Shown: one piece after another, positions 8,875 to 19,238 of the stretch
How positions within the stretch are numbered: position 1 is the stretch's first letter
Layout: the number at the start of each line of letters is the position of its first letter
Translations under genes and position numbers: made by a program
Notes under the pieces: generated by a model
The model's database searches: none
What the model saw: only the letters and a program-made list of their open reading frames with translations
Told to the model about the DNA's origin: nothing
DNA from: Candidatus Thermosaccharophagus tengchongensis
Lineage (GTDB): Bacteria > Armatimonadota > Fervidibacteria > Fervidibacterales > Thermosaccharophagaceae
Direction: 5' to 3' (one strand)
Assembly: GCA_032161105.1 (NCBI GenBank)
Contig: JAVHTD010000018.1
DNA length: 60,322 bases

Positions 8875-10659
8875 TCAAAGCCTCCTCAAAATGAAGCGTA
8901 TAGCGCCAATTAGTAGGACAAAAGCAGCCCTTAATGCGAGCATGAGAACACAAAAGCGCATTCCAAGTGTGTAACGCCCTCCCTTACCGATATCGCGCAA
9001 AATTGGTGCAAGCGTTATTTCGCCCAATGGCACCCTATCACGCAATGGCACAACTTTGCCATTCTTTCGTTCCACTTTTGCGCCCCAAACCCTAACAGTC
9101 ACTTTATGTTCTTCAAGCATCCTTTTGCGCAGCACTCCGTCAACTTCTTCCAGCTCAAGCAGCCACCGCCTCATGCATTCGGTGCCAACGCGAAAATCGT
9201 TCTCACGAAAGCGCCTGCTTAGAAAGCCAGCAAAATGCCCCATAGCTTCGCCACAAAGCAGCTCCTCAGGTAAGCCGAGTTCGCTGAGCAGTAATGGGCT
9301 TACAACCTCAATTCTAACCTCCCTTTTCCCTGTAGTCCCGCTGATTCTGTCAAGCACCGCGTTGAGCAAGTTGATGGCATCATCAACATGGCTGTGCATG
9401 CCACACTCGGATGGCGAATCCATGTGCAAATCCGATTGACTGCCATAGGTGTGAGCATCATTTGGTGCATGATGCTCATCCATTTCGCATTGTGAACGCT
9501 GTGAATTGCGCTCTTCCGAACTCGCCGCTGTGCCGATTGCTCTTTCCATTCCATCCCTTTGCATCCGTATGAGGCGCATGTCGCCGTTGATGTGCGTCAA
9601 TGTGTCGGAAAGGGTATTGGCGAGCCTTCTTGCTGCATCTGGGTCGTCGCTCAGCCAAGCATGCATTCGTTCAAGGAGCAATGTTTTCCAACGCAGCCTA
9701 CTGTTGAGTTTCTGTGCACCACGCAGGTCATCAAAAACATCGTTCACATTGAACCTCGCACTCAAAATGCCCGTAAGCACATCAAGCATTAAAGGTTGCG
9801 GGCGCTTCGTTACTCGCGTTGGGCGTGGCGGTTGCTCTCTCGGGCTCACGATGACGAAGAGCCTTACAGCCTCAGAGTCATCAATTGGCTTCTGGTCAAC
9901 AAGACCAATGTGATGTGGCTCATAGAGGGCATCAAAAGCCATTGCAATTGGTTTGTTGTGCATGACGCCGCCATCGGTGAAGTCAAATTCAACAATTTCA
10001 TCATCACTCGCATCAAGCCAGACATGGTTGGCTATATACTCCCATGCGCCCCTCCTCAGACGCTGTGCCGGGAAGATTGCGGGAAAAGCGCCGGAGGCAA
10101 GGGCTACATCTGCGACATATCTCCAAGGGTGCATCCCGTATGGCGTTTGGGCGCCAGAAAATGTCAGCAGCATAGCTTTCCAGTCACGATGCGTGGATGC
10201 GATAAGCGCCCTCCCTCCCAAGACGGGTATTCGGTAGTTCAGTGGCGTCAAGTTGGTCAATGTTGCCACATAGCGCACCGTCATATTGCGTCCATCCGAT
10301 GGTTCATTCGGTTGTGAGAGCAACTCCTCCGCAAGCTCACGCAAGCGCCTCATTGAGAGCACGCCGTTGAGCTCGCTCACGAGCATCAACTCAGATAGGT
10401 GAGGGTGCGTCACCCATGCGTGATAAAGCCAAGATGGATCGCCATCGGTTAGGAGGATGTGGGAGAGCAAAGCACCGGTTATCGCGCCCGCTGACGAGCC
10501 AACAACGACATCAACAATGAGCGGTGGCTCATCAGTTGAGATTTGGCGTGCCATTAGTGCCCACCTTGCAAGCTCAAATGCTGCGCCAGCTTCGTAGCTC
10601 CCAAGTGATGCAGCACCCGGAAAGACAACGGCAAGGCGCAACTGGCTCATGAGCATCAC
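8875..10659 (-). CDS. Patatin-like phospholipase with a C-terminal hydrophobic helix
   Basis: Gly-rich GAASLGSYEAG, nucleophile GSSAG, ASGAFP and catalytic DGG. Confidence 0.9.
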   Translation of the reverse strand: MMLMSQLRLAVVFPGAASLGSYEAGAAFELARWALMARQISTDEPPLIVDVVVGSSAGAITGALLSHILLTDGDPSWLYHAWVTHPHLSELMLVSELNGVLSMRRLRELAEELLSQPNEPSDGRNMTVRYVATLTNLTPLNYRIPVLGGRALIASTHRDWKAMLLTFSGAQTPYGMHPWRYVADVALASGAFPAIFPAQRLRRGAWEYIANHVWLDASDDEIVEFDFTDGGVMHNKPIAMAFDALYEPHHIGLVDQKPIDDSEAVRLFVIVSPREQPPRPTRVTKRPQPLMLDVLTGILSARFNVNDVFDDLRGAQKLNSRLRWKTLLLERMHAWLSDDPDAARRLANTLSDTLTHINGDMRLIRMQRDGMERAIGTAASSEERNSQRSQCEMDEHHAPNDAHTYGSQSDLHMDSPSECGMHSHVDDAINLLNAVLDRISGTTGKREVRIEVVSPLLLSELGLPEELLCGEAMGHFAGFLSRRFRENDFRVGTECMRRWLLELEEVDGVLRKRMLEEHKVTVRVWGAKVERKNGKVVPLRDRVPLGEITLAPILRDIGKGGRYTLGMRFCVLMLALRAAFVLLIGAIRFILRRL

Positions 10660-10796
10660 CTCTTGCCATCTCGCTCAGTTCATTTCATGCACAATTGTTG
10701 TCCAAGCTGCATTGGCGAGAATTCATTGGTGCGTCTTTAGCCAGATTCAGGCTCCGGTAGGGGCATTGCTTCCTGAGGGGCGTTCTCCCGTGCAAA

Positions 10797-11606
10797 TTAG
10801 CGTGTGGCTCCACCGCTTTGGATGCGTCTTTTAAGCGCATCAGCGTGCCTATTCAATGCCTCAATGAACCTCTCAGCAATGCGCTTATAGCCGATGTCAT
10901 TCGGATGAAGCCCATCGTTGCAGAAGAAATGCTCGTCATACATTTCGCTCATTTTGCATAGGTCAACGAGTATCGCACCGAAGTCCGAAGCGGCGCGCTC
11001 AATGATGCCGTTGTAGATTCGCGACTGCTTTCGGAGGAACTCGCGCTCATCGTCTGTGGCGCGCCTTGCAAATGGTTGTCTCTCCATCTCCGGCAAGTTG
11101 GCAATGAGCACTATCGCACCCATTTCCAAACACAGCGCTTTTAGCATGCCCCTGAGCAACCTCTCAAAACCCTTCGGATGAATCCTGTGCCTGACATCAT
11201 TTCCGCCGACCCAAATTGAGATAACCGTTGGTCTTGCGGCAATGGCAATCGGCAGTTGGCGCTCAACTACATCCGTTATTCGTGCGCCACTCCTGCCGGC
11301 GTTGATGAATTCCCACTTTTGACCTGTGGCTTGCTCAAGGTAGCGGTGAATGGCTACAACATAGCCACGCTCATAGGAGCTTGCTCCAGCTGCCTGAGTG
11401 TCGCTTGCGCCAATTGCAACATATGTGAGCTTGCAAGTTTTGGCTTCCCTCTCAATCCTGCCTGCCCTCCACTTTGCACAGCCAAACTGCATGAGCAAAG
11501 CAATCAGCCAAACCTTTGCCGAACGCCTATGTGTGAGGAGGTAATTGGCAAAGCCGGCAAATGCCCCTTTTGCTACTCCGATGATGTGCTGTGCTGCATG
11601 GCGCAT
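10797..11606 (-). CDS. SGNH/GDSL-family hydrolase (esterase/lipase)
   Basis: Block I-like GASDT, block II NAGRSG, block III GGND and block V DGLHP. Confidence 0.88.
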   Translation of the reverse strand: MRHAAQHIIGVAKGAFAGFANYLLTHRRSAKVWLIALLMQFGCAKWRAGRIEREAKTCKLTYVAIGASDTQAAGASSYERGYVVAIHRYLEQATGQKWEFINAGRSGARITDVVERQLPIAIAARPTVISIWVGGNDVRHRIHPKGFERLLRGMLKALCLEMGAIVLIANLPEMERQPFARRATDDEREFLRKQSRIYNGIIERAASDFGAILVDLCKMSEMYDEHFFCNDGLHPNDIGYKRIAERFIEALNRHADALKRRIQSGGATR

Positions 11607-11738
11607 TGACGCTTCCCACCTTACCGTTTGCGGATGCTCTTCAAGCCCGTGAGGAATCCCCTTATCAGGATACTCCTTCTGCTGGCGTGCATTGCGGTTT
11701 TTTCAAGCCCGTGAAAGGCAATGCGGTGCTGATGGCGC

Positions 11739-12713
11739 TTATGGTGCTATGCCGCTCACATTTAGCCTGATGGCATACAGCGAAGTTCGCGCCGTCAAAA
11801 ACAGCGTCCTCTTGTCGCTATCACCGAAGGCGCAATTTGCTGGTATCTCTGGGAGCTTGACTTTCCCGAGCAGCTTGCCATTGCCATCAAATATCCAAAG
11901 CCCACCCGGTCCCGTGACATACAAGTTGCCTTTGACATCAATCTTCATTCCGTCCGGTGCACCGGGTTCTTCACTTTTCAATTCGGCTAAGACTTCGCCT
12001 CCGGACAGCGAGCCGTCCTCGTTCACCGTGAAGACGCGCAAATGCCCTCGCGCTGAGTCGTCAACATAAAGGCGCTTCCCATCCGGTGAGAAAGCCAATC
12101 CGTTGGGGCGGTCAAAGTCCTTCGCAAGGAGAGTTAGCTTCCCATCCGGCGAGACGCGATAAAGCCCTTGAAAGTCAAGCTCTCGCTCCTGCGGCTTAAC
12201 GCCATATGGCGGGTCTGTGAAGTAAATGCTGCCGTCAAGCCAGATGACAACATCATTTGGGCTGTTGAGGCGCTTACCTTCGTATCGTTCGGCGAGAACT
12301 GTTATCGTGCCATCCTTCTCCGTCCTCGTCACGCGCCTTGTTCGGTGCTCACATGCTATTAGGCGCCACTCAGAGTCAAATGTCAAGCCGTTGCTCTGCC
12401 CGCTTGGCTTGCGAAACACTTCAACTTTGCCATCTGGAGTCCACTTGTAAATTGTGTCGGCGGGTATGTCGCTGAAGAGCAAGTAGCCGTCGCGGTGCCA
12501 AACTGGTCCTTCGGTAAAGACGAAGTTTGTTGCGAGCCTGACCGCCACAGAATCCCTCGGCAATAATTCAACCAGGCGCTCATCAAAAACTTCAATCTGG
12601 GTTTGCACTGGAGTTGCATTTGCATACCTTTGAGTCAATGCCTCGCTCTCGCCAAAAGCCATGAGCGCAAAGAGACGCGCCAAGTTGAGCATGAACATCT
12701 TCATCACCCCCAC
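11739..12713 (-). CDS. SMP-30/gluconolactonase/LRE-family protein, probably exported
   Basis: FTEGPVW, SNGL, LNSPND..DGSIYFTDP, RPNGLAFSPDG, PDGMKID and ANCAFG. Confidence 0.95.
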   Translation of the reverse strand: MGVMKMFMLNLARLFALMAFGESEALTQRYANATPVQTQIEVFDERLVELLPRDSVAVRLATNFVFTEGPVWHRDGYLLFSDIPADTIYKWTPDGKVEVFRKPSGQSNGLTFDSEWRLIACEHRTRRVTRTEKDGTITVLAERYEGKRLNSPNDVVIWLDGSIYFTDPPYGVKPQERELDFQGLYRVSPDGKLTLLAKDFDRPNGLAFSPDGKRLYVDDSARGHLRVFTVNEDGSLSGGEVLAELKSEEPGAPDGMKIDVKGNLYVTGPGGLWIFDGNGKLLGKVKLPEIPANCAFGDSDKRTLFLTARTSLYAIRLNVSGIAP

Positions 12714-12753
12714 CTTTGAGTTCGCCCTTGAAAGGATGTCGCAATCGGTGAGC

Positions 12754-13671
12754 CTATGATGCTGCCTTGCTCAACGCCCTCTCAAATGCCTTCGCCCTTG
12801 CTGCAATGACGGGTGCGCTGCACTCCCTTACGATGCGTTCGGCGACGCTCCCCCAAAGGAAGCGAGTTAAGCCCGTGCGACCGTGCGTCGTCATGATCAC
12901 AATGTCAATGTCATTCTCATCAACGAAGTCAAGGATGCCCTCAGTCGCGTGGTGTCTCTTGATGGCATGGCAATGCGTTTTTTCGCTCATGCCGTTTGCG
13001 GCTTCAGCCATCGCCTCAAGCTTCGTCTTGACCATCACCTCAAGCCTGTCTATCGTCTCACGCTCGCCAACGGCTTCAAGCAGCTCCATCACATGGAGGA
13101 CATGCACCGATGCGCCAATCAATTTTGCAAGCGCTATCGCATATGAGAGCGCATGCGAACTCGCCTCCGAGAGATCCGTCGGGACGAGCAGGTTGTCAAA
13201 CTTTGGCTTTCTCGGCTGGCTCATTGACAGCACCGGTTTATCCGAGCCCTGAATGATGCGCGCCGTCGTTGAGCCGAGCAGCCTCTCACCGATGCCACCG
13301 ATACCTTTTGTGCCTATGACGATCAAATCGGTATCGGACTTGTGCGCAAACTCAATCACGGCGTGATGCGCATCGCCCTGAAGGATGTGCACCTCTGCGC
13401 TTATGCCCATTGAGCGCAGCTCGCTTGCCCTTCCCTCAAGCCTCTCTATCGCTTCCTCTCTCATCTGCGCCAGCATATTGCCAAGCAGTATCGGTATCTC
13501 TGCAGGCAACGGCTCGAGCAACTGCCCGCTGGTGTATGCCATGGCGATGTCCGGTATGCAATGGACAAGCGCCACCTTTGAGTTCATGCGCTTTGCAAGC
13601 GGCAGGATAAAATCAAGCGCAGCATCGGAAAGCTCCGAGAAGTCAGTTGCCCATGTGATGTGCCTCCACAC
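12754..13671 (-). CDS. Universal stress protein (two tandem USP domains)
   Basis: ATDFSE...IVIGTKG...LLGSTTARI and PTDLSE...VIMTTHGRTGLTRFLWGSVAERIVR. Confidence 0.95.
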   Translation of the reverse strand: MWRHITWATDFSELSDAALDFILPLAKRMNSKVALVHCIPDIAMAYTSGQLLEPLPAEIPILLGNMLAQMREEAIERLEGRASELRSMGISAEVHILQGDAHHAVIEFAHKSDTDLIVIGTKGIGGIGERLLGSTTARIIQGSDKPVLSMSQPRKPKFDNLLVPTDLSEASSHALSYAIALAKLIGASVHVLHVMELLEAVGERETIDRLEVMVKTKLEAMAEAANGMSEKTHCHAIKRHHATEGILDFVDENDIDIVIMTTHGRTGLTRFLWGSVAERIVRECSAPVIAARAKAFERALSKAAS

Positions 13672-13721
13672 CCCTTTTCACCCCTGCGTCTCAGGGATAT
13701 TCGCAATGAGCTTGTTGCATT

Positions 13722-16700
13722 TTACCGCGCCACTGAAAAGCTCATTGACTCACCGAATGGCGAGTTGCGCCATCGCAACCTCAGCATGATGCGAACCGCT
13801 GACAGTTCCTTTGGCAACGGAATTTTGATGGCGTCAATCGTTACATCCTCAAATCGCCCGACGCTCTTCGGGATTGACACCCTTGCTGCTTCATGCCCAT
13901 CAACGCTGATGGAGAGCACGATCCCGTTTAGCGCGTCTTTGCATTGATCTGGTGGAAGCCATGTTGCTTCGCCCGTGTTGCCGAGCTCAACTTTGAGCCA
14001 TAACAACTCGGCGCCGCCAAAGCCGAGTTCTGCGAGTTTGATAACCTCACCATCGTTCACCTCACGCCATCGCCTGCCGTCAGGAGAAACGGAGATGGAG
14101 TTGATTTCTCCGTTTATGAATTTCGGCGGCTTCAATGGTTCCCATCTTGTGTTGCCGATTGCGATGTGTGGGACATCGTCGCAGGTTTTCCCTGTGCCTT
14201 CGGTGCGCAACTCAATTGCATAGCCCTCCCTTACGAGCCTTGATGCCTCATCACCGTGTTTCAGCCATAATGCCATTGCACCGCGCGCATTCTCATCTCG
14301 GTCAATCGTTATGTGGGCAACTTTCCTCCTTTCAACCGCTGGCATGTTGGCGAAGATAGTAGCCCATCTCTTCGCCACTTCACCGGCTGGGCGAATTGTC
14401 CCATCGGGATTGATGATCCCAAAGTCGCTTCTCTCACCCACTCGGTATCCGCCCGGAAACCACCACCCCATTGCACCATCGGCATTGCTGATTTGGATGA
14501 GGCGATAGATTGCATCATAGAGCTTAGCCTGCGCATTCAGCCCCTCCTCATCGCCATACCAGTCAAGCGAAAACGAGCCGTGCCTGAGCGTCAATCCAAA
14601 CTCAGCCCAAAAGACGGGCTTGCCATTCCCAGCCCAGCGAGCATAGGCAGTGATGAAGGCAGCCCTTGCGAACTGCTCCTCTTCAGCTTGCCCGAGCCAA
14701 CCGAGATTCCAACCCTCGGGAGAGACGAAATCCAAATGCTTTGCACCAGCCGTGTGGTCAAACGGGAATGCGCCCTCGGCACCGAATGGACCACCACCAT
14801 AGCCCGTGCGCGCGCCGATGAGGTGGTTTGGATCAAGCTTGCGAATGAACTGACAGACCCTGCGATATCGCCTGCTGATGAAGTCGTCAAGGAAGCGCCT
14901 GTATGCTGCCGCCATAACTCGCCACTCACCATCATTCAGAAGGTGCTCATCCCTCGGCACAGTGACATTTCCACCCTCGTCCCTTGGGAGCTTGAAGCCG
15001 AAGTCCCTTTCGGCTGCCTCAATGCTGCCGTAATTCTCAACGAGCCATTTTCTCCACTCGGCGTCGTGAGCGCGCCTATTGCCATAGCCTCCAAAATGCG
15101 GTTCCCATGCGATGTCATACGCAAACAGCGCCGGCTGATTGGGTAAGTCGGCGGATTCAATCAGCTGCTTGACGATGTCCGGGTTAAACCCAAGCGGGTG
15201 CGCTCCGGAGATGAACAGGTTCACTTTGATGCCGTGCTCATGGCATCGGCGAAGGAAGTCTCGGAGCGGCATCGCCTGATTGGCGTTGTAGAACGAGACG
15301 CTGACACAGTTCATCCCGATTGACTTCAGGATGCGCAGGTCTTCCTCAACCACCGTTGGATCGTAGTTGACTGGGTCAAGCCAATGGCGACCATAGTCAG
15401 TCGGCTCCTGACCGGCGATGAAGCGCGGCCAGTAGTTTAATCCGAAGGCAAACCAACGCCTGCCGCGATAAATGAAATGACCGCCACGAATTGTGATCCT
15501 GTCATTCTCGGTGACCTGTGGGCGCGCTGTGACGACGAGCTCGCTGTGCAACTCATCGCAAGCTACCTTACCGCCACCAGATGGACGGAGCAACCTCACA
15601 TTCACTTCGTATCGTCCGATTCCGAGTCTCGGCAGCTCCCATGTCACTGTTTCAATGTCGCCGGATGGGAGCTTGATGCTGTCGTTAAAGGACGCAATGG
15701 CTTTGGTTGCCACTTTTGCTCCGGCTGTTGGTTTGACCTCAATCACAATTTCAGCGTCGGCAGTCCTGCCACCGAAGTTAGCAACTCTTGCACCGAGCGT
15801 GATTGGTTCACCTTCGTAAGCCGTGAACTTATCCGCACCACCTTCAATGAGCACGATGCCCTCAATCAACCTTTCAATCGTCCTGCGGATGAAATTGACC
15901 GATGGCTTGCTAAGCCATAAATCCTCCACAGCACTCCCGAAACACAGCCACCAAGAGCGTGCATATGGCAATTCGGCATTGAGCATCAACCAAACTATCG
16001 GTGGGTTAGAAAGCGGCACATATCGGAATGGACGCCCATCAATGAAGCCGATGCCGGTGTGCCTCATCACTGGTGCAACTGCATCTTTTATCGGCGAGCG
16101 CACAGCCATCGTCTCAATCACTTGGGTCGGCATAGCGATAAAGCTGATGTTGTTCACTCGGCGCAGCGGGTAGAATTTGTAAGCCGGGCAAAGCGCCTCA
16201 AGTGATGGCGGTGCGAACTTGGTATCTATGCCCTCAATTGGGTCTTTGGCTGTGCCTATGCCAGCAATGAAAATGGCATGCTTGCCATGTGGCATTGGTC
16301 CTTCCATTCCGAAGACGAGTGTGCGCGCATTTTCAACTATGAGGCGGTCTCCAGAAAAGCCGCGCTTTCCAGCAGTTGGGCTATCGCCCCTGAAGATGAA
16401 ATCGCTTGGTGAGAGGACAAACAACTTCCACTCGGTGCTCAGTGGGACATGCGCATACCATCGTGAGCCATCGGCTTCACGCCATTCAATCATCATGGAT
16501 TTCGTTTGCGGAGAGCCCTTCGCCCAAAAGCACGTCAGTGTCTGACCGCTCGCAAACGGTGAGGTGGAGAATCCCCTTGAGAATATGCCCCAGCCCTTCA
16601 ACTCAAGCTCAATTTGAAACGCATCAAGTTCAAGCCCTTCGGATTTGAATGCAGAGCGCACAACACTGAGCTTATCGGAGACACCGCTATGGCTTGCCCC

Positions 16701-17753
16701 ATGCGTCCATCGCTTCAGCTCCGCTTCATCAATTCGCTCAAACAGCAACCGCTCCGGCTTCGTTGCCTTGCGCAGAGCGTCAACTTCGCCGGCTGTCATC
16801 CACTTCTCTCCAGCTCGTGTGCGCACACGGAACAATGCTTCCTCAAAAATCGGTGTGCCAAATGTGATGAGCTTCCCACCGCGCCTCAAAAATTCAAGCA
16901 GCCCATCCTTGCACGCAGCCGGCAAGCGCCTACCGTTTGGCAAGACAAGAATGCCGGCATCAATTGAGCGCCACCAGCTGTCATCGGAAAGCTCATTGAG
17001 TCCGACAAGCTTCACATCTATGCCGATGCCTTTGAGCTCCTTTGCGAGCGCATCACATAGGCGCAAATTGCCCATAGCTTCATCCCTAACCAAAACTGCG
17101 CTCTTCAAGTTGGGCACTGCACCTTCACCACCCTCAACCGATTGCCTTACACCCTCAAATGAGGCGCTCATCCCCTGCACATTCAAAGCCATCCATCCGG
17201 AGCGCACTATCGGTGCATTGTTAAGCGCATACCGTCTCCGCCACAGCAGTTTGCCATTTATGTCAAGCACTTGCCCCTCAATCTCAGCGCCGGTGAGCAG
17301 GATTCGCAACCGGTATCCTTCCCTCCACGACCATGAAAATGTTGCGCCATACTCCGCCGTCACCTTGAGCTTCAAATCGGCTTGTGCTTGCCATGTGCCA
17401 TTGCTCATAGCCACAAGCTCTGCGTATCTCGTTTTGGCATCTGGGGCTTCAACCAGCGCCAACCGCCAAAAGTTACCGCCATCTTGGTAAACGCAGATGC
17501 CAGCAGCCACCCAGCCATGCGCTATGCGCCTCTCGGGATGCATCAATGCCTCTGCCGTTTGTGCTCTACCATATCGGCTAAATGTCGGGATGGAAAATGC
17601 ATGTCCATCCGTGCTCTCTCCCACGACCTTACCATTCACAACCTCCCACTTGCCTCCGATGAAGCGCCACCTTGTGCTGCGCTGTAGAGACGAGGCTGGC
17701 TTGAAGAAAGCGCATAACAAGCACAAGCTTACTATGGCGCTGATAAGGCGCAT
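13722..17753 (-). CDS. Secreted multidomain glycoside hydrolase with a clan GH-A-like TIM barrel
   Basis: Signal peptide; GLNYWP strand; FAYDIAWEP (acid/base-like); KPVFWAEFG (nucleophile-like); GAMGWWF...DFGII. Flanked by lectin-like, flavodoxin-like and Ig-like regions. Confidence 0.7.
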   Translation of the reverse strand: MRLISAIVSLCLLCAFFKPASSLQRSTRWRFIGGKWEVVNGKVVGESTDGHAFSIPTFSRYGRAQTAEALMHPERRIAHGWVAAGICVYQDGGNFWRLALVEAPDAKTRYAELVAMSNGTWQAQADLKLKVTAEYGATFSWSWREGYRLRILLTGAEIEGQVLDINGKLLWRRRYALNNAPIVRSGWMALNVQGMSASFEGVRQSVEGGEGAVPNLKSAVLVRDEAMGNLRLCDALAKELKGIGIDVKLVGLNELSDDSWWRSIDAGILVLPNGRRLPAACKDGLLEFLRRGGKLITFGTPIFEEALFRVRTRAGEKWMTAGEVDALRKATKPERLLFERIDEAELKRWTHGASHSGVSDKLSVVRSAFKSEGLELDAFQIELELKGWGIFSRGFSTSPFASGQTLTCFWAKGSPQTKSMMIEWREADGSRWYAHVPLSTEWKLFVLSPSDFIFRGDSPTAGKRGFSGDRLIVENARTLVFGMEGPMPHGKHAIFIAGIGTAKDPIEGIDTKFAPPSLEALCPAYKFYPLRRVNNISFIAMPTQVIETMAVRSPIKDAVAPVMRHTGIGFIDGRPFRYVPLSNPPIVWLMLNAELPYARSWWLCFGSAVEDLWLSKPSVNFIRRTIERLIEGIVLIEGGADKFTAYEGEPITLGARVANFGGRTADAEIVIEVKPTAGAKVATKAIASFNDSIKLPSGDIETVTWELPRLGIGRYEVNVRLLRPSGGGKVACDELHSELVVTARPQVTENDRITIRGGHFIYRGRRWFAFGLNYWPRFIAGQEPTDYGRHWLDPVNYDPTVVEEDLRILKSIGMNCVSVSFYNANQAMPLRDFLRRCHEHGIKVNLFISGAHPLGFNPDIVKQLIESADLPNQPALFAYDIAWEPHFGGYGNRRAHDAEWRKWLVENYGSIEAAERDFGFKLPRDEGGNVTVPRDEHLLNDGEWRVMAAAYRRFLDDFISRRYRRVCQFIRKLDPNHLIGARTGYGGGPFGAEGAFPFDHTAGAKHLDFVSPEGWNLGWLGQAEEEQFARAAFITAYARWAGNGKPVFWAEFGLTLRHGSFSLDWYGDEEGLNAQAKLYDAIYRLIQISNADGAMGWWFPGGYRVGERSDFGIINPDGTIRPAGEVAKRWATIFANMPAVERRKVAHITIDRDENARGAMALWLKHGDEASRLVREGYAIELRTEGTGKTCDDVPHIAIGNTRWEPLKPPKFINGEINSISVSPDGRRWREVNDGEVIKLAELGFGGAELLWLKVELGNTGEATWLPPDQCKDALNGIVLSISVDGHEAARVSIPKSVGRFEDVTIDAIKIPLPKELSAVRIMLRLRWRNSPFGESMSFSVAR

Positions 17754-17951
17754 TCGTTCTCACCCCCAATCCTTCAACTGCCCTCACAAATTTTTGAACC
17801 AAATCGGTGTGCAGTCAATGGCGGTTAAGGCTCGTTTTATTCGGCGCATCGTTTGCGGCTTGGAATGCATGGCATGTTATGGCATGCGCTTTCTGCCCGC
17901 AAGAAGCCTCATGCGCAGGGTTGTTTGCGCCACTGCCGCCAATTGTGCACC

Positions 17952-19238
17952 TCATAGGATGATGAAGCACGAAATGTGCGGATGCAGTGTGTGTTCCTTA
18001 TCCAAGCGCAAGCACGCTCCGATGGCTAAGTTGCGGGAGACTTCCCACTGGATGCCGGCGTATATGCCGCCAGTGGTAAAGTGAATGTCAACCGATGTTC
18101 TCCTTGCCCTGTCAATGTCGCACAGCTCAAATGCAACTCCAACTCCGCCAATTCCACCTGCTGGCAGCATAAGTTCCTGCTTCAATGCGATGCTTGGCAC
18201 CTGTTTAAGTTTTGATGCAGCCTCGTTAGCGGGCATGTTCTCAAAGAGCGTCATCTTGAGAAAACTGACGATGGCATCCTTGAGCTGCGGAGCGCTCAGT
18301 TGGGTGCACAGGTGACCGGTGTGAAGGCGAATCATCGGCGGATGTTCAAGTGCCCTCCAAAGCTCAATGCATGCCCTCCTCGGGACGAACAAATCATACT
18401 CGCTCATGACCATCAAGAAGCGCTTCCCCTTTGCCCTCGGAGCATAAGTTGTTGGGTTGATCCAATAAACCATTGAGCGCAAAGCGTCAAGCGTTATGCC
18501 CTGCCTCTCAATGGAACGCCTGAATTGCCTCGTGAGCCAGCTGTCCCAAATTGTCAGTGCAAGGTCACCGCCGAGCACATTTACGCACACGGATAGTCGC
18601 TCATCCAAGCCGATGAGCAATGCTGCTATGATGCCGCCGAGGCTTATCCCGATGACGCCGAGCTTTGACCTGTCAATGAACGGCTGCATGCATAGCCAGT
18701 CGGTCAATCTCATTGCATCCATTGCAGCTTGTCTGAATGCTTGCATCGCATTTTGTGGCGCCACCTTGAAAAGGAACTGACCGCTGCCCATTCCCTTTGG
18801 TGCTCGGTGCATGTGATATGGGAGCTCCATAATTGCGCTTGCAATCCCGGATGAGGCAAGCGACTTGGCAAGGTATCGCTCGTTCACAGCGTCATAAACG
18901 CCAAGCGCGTGAAGTATGATGACAGCCGGGATGGACTTAGTAGCTGCGTGTTTGGGGATGTAAACGGTTGAATAAACGGTGTCGTTTTCGCTCACACCGG
19001 ACTTGAGCGCCGTCGGGAAACGGAGATTTAACACCTGCATGTTGCGGCTGCTGATTACTTCAGCCTCAAACTGTCCCGGCTCAATTGGCTGCGGCTTGAA
19101 CAATGAGACAAGCTGCTCAAGCTGGGCACACTGCGCGGGCAAGATGACGCTGTTGATGGCTTCATCGGATGTTGACGGCTCAATGACGCAACACAACCCA
19201 ATCAGCGTTGCCGCTATAAGCTGGCACATCCTCACCAT
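17952..19238 (-). CDS. Secreted alpha/beta hydrolase with a C-terminal beta-strand-rich extension
   Basis: Signal peptide, GISLG nucleophile, SEYDLFVP (Asp) and TGH (His). ATG at 19238 overlaps the upstream stop (ATGGTGA). Confidence 0.85.
   Translation of the reverse strand: MVRMCQLIAATLIGLCCVIEPSTSDEAINSVILPAQCAQLEQLVSLFKPQPIEPGQFEAEVISSRNMQVLNLRFPTALKSGVSENDTVYSTVYIPKHAATKSIPAVIILHALGVYDAVNERYLAKSLASSGIASAIMELPYHMHRAPKGMGSGQFLFKVAPQNAMQAFRQAAMDAMRLTDWLCMQPFIDRSKLGVIGISLGGIIAALLIGLDERLSVCVNVLGGDLALTIWDSWLTRQFRRSIERQGITLDALRSMVYWINPTTYAPRAKGKRFLMVMSEYDLFVPRRACIELWRALEHPPMIRLHTGHLCTQLSAPQLKDAIVSFLKMTLFENMPANEAASKLKQVPSIALKQELMLPAGGIGGVGVAFELCDIDRARRTSVDIHFTTGGIYAGIQWEVSRNLAIGACLRLDKEHTLHPHISCFIIL

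Noticed and set aside
8875..10659. Patatin as a CBASS (CapV-like) or other anti-phage effector
   Set aside because: No cyclase, sensor or other defence gene is adjacent; the neighbours are metabolic.
11640..11714. Mini CRISPR array
   Set aside because: Only two 13-bp copies and no cas genes.
14313..17490. Long plus-strand ORFs (277 aa and 281 aa)
   Set aside because: Antisense shadows of the well-supported glycosidase, with no recognisable motifs.
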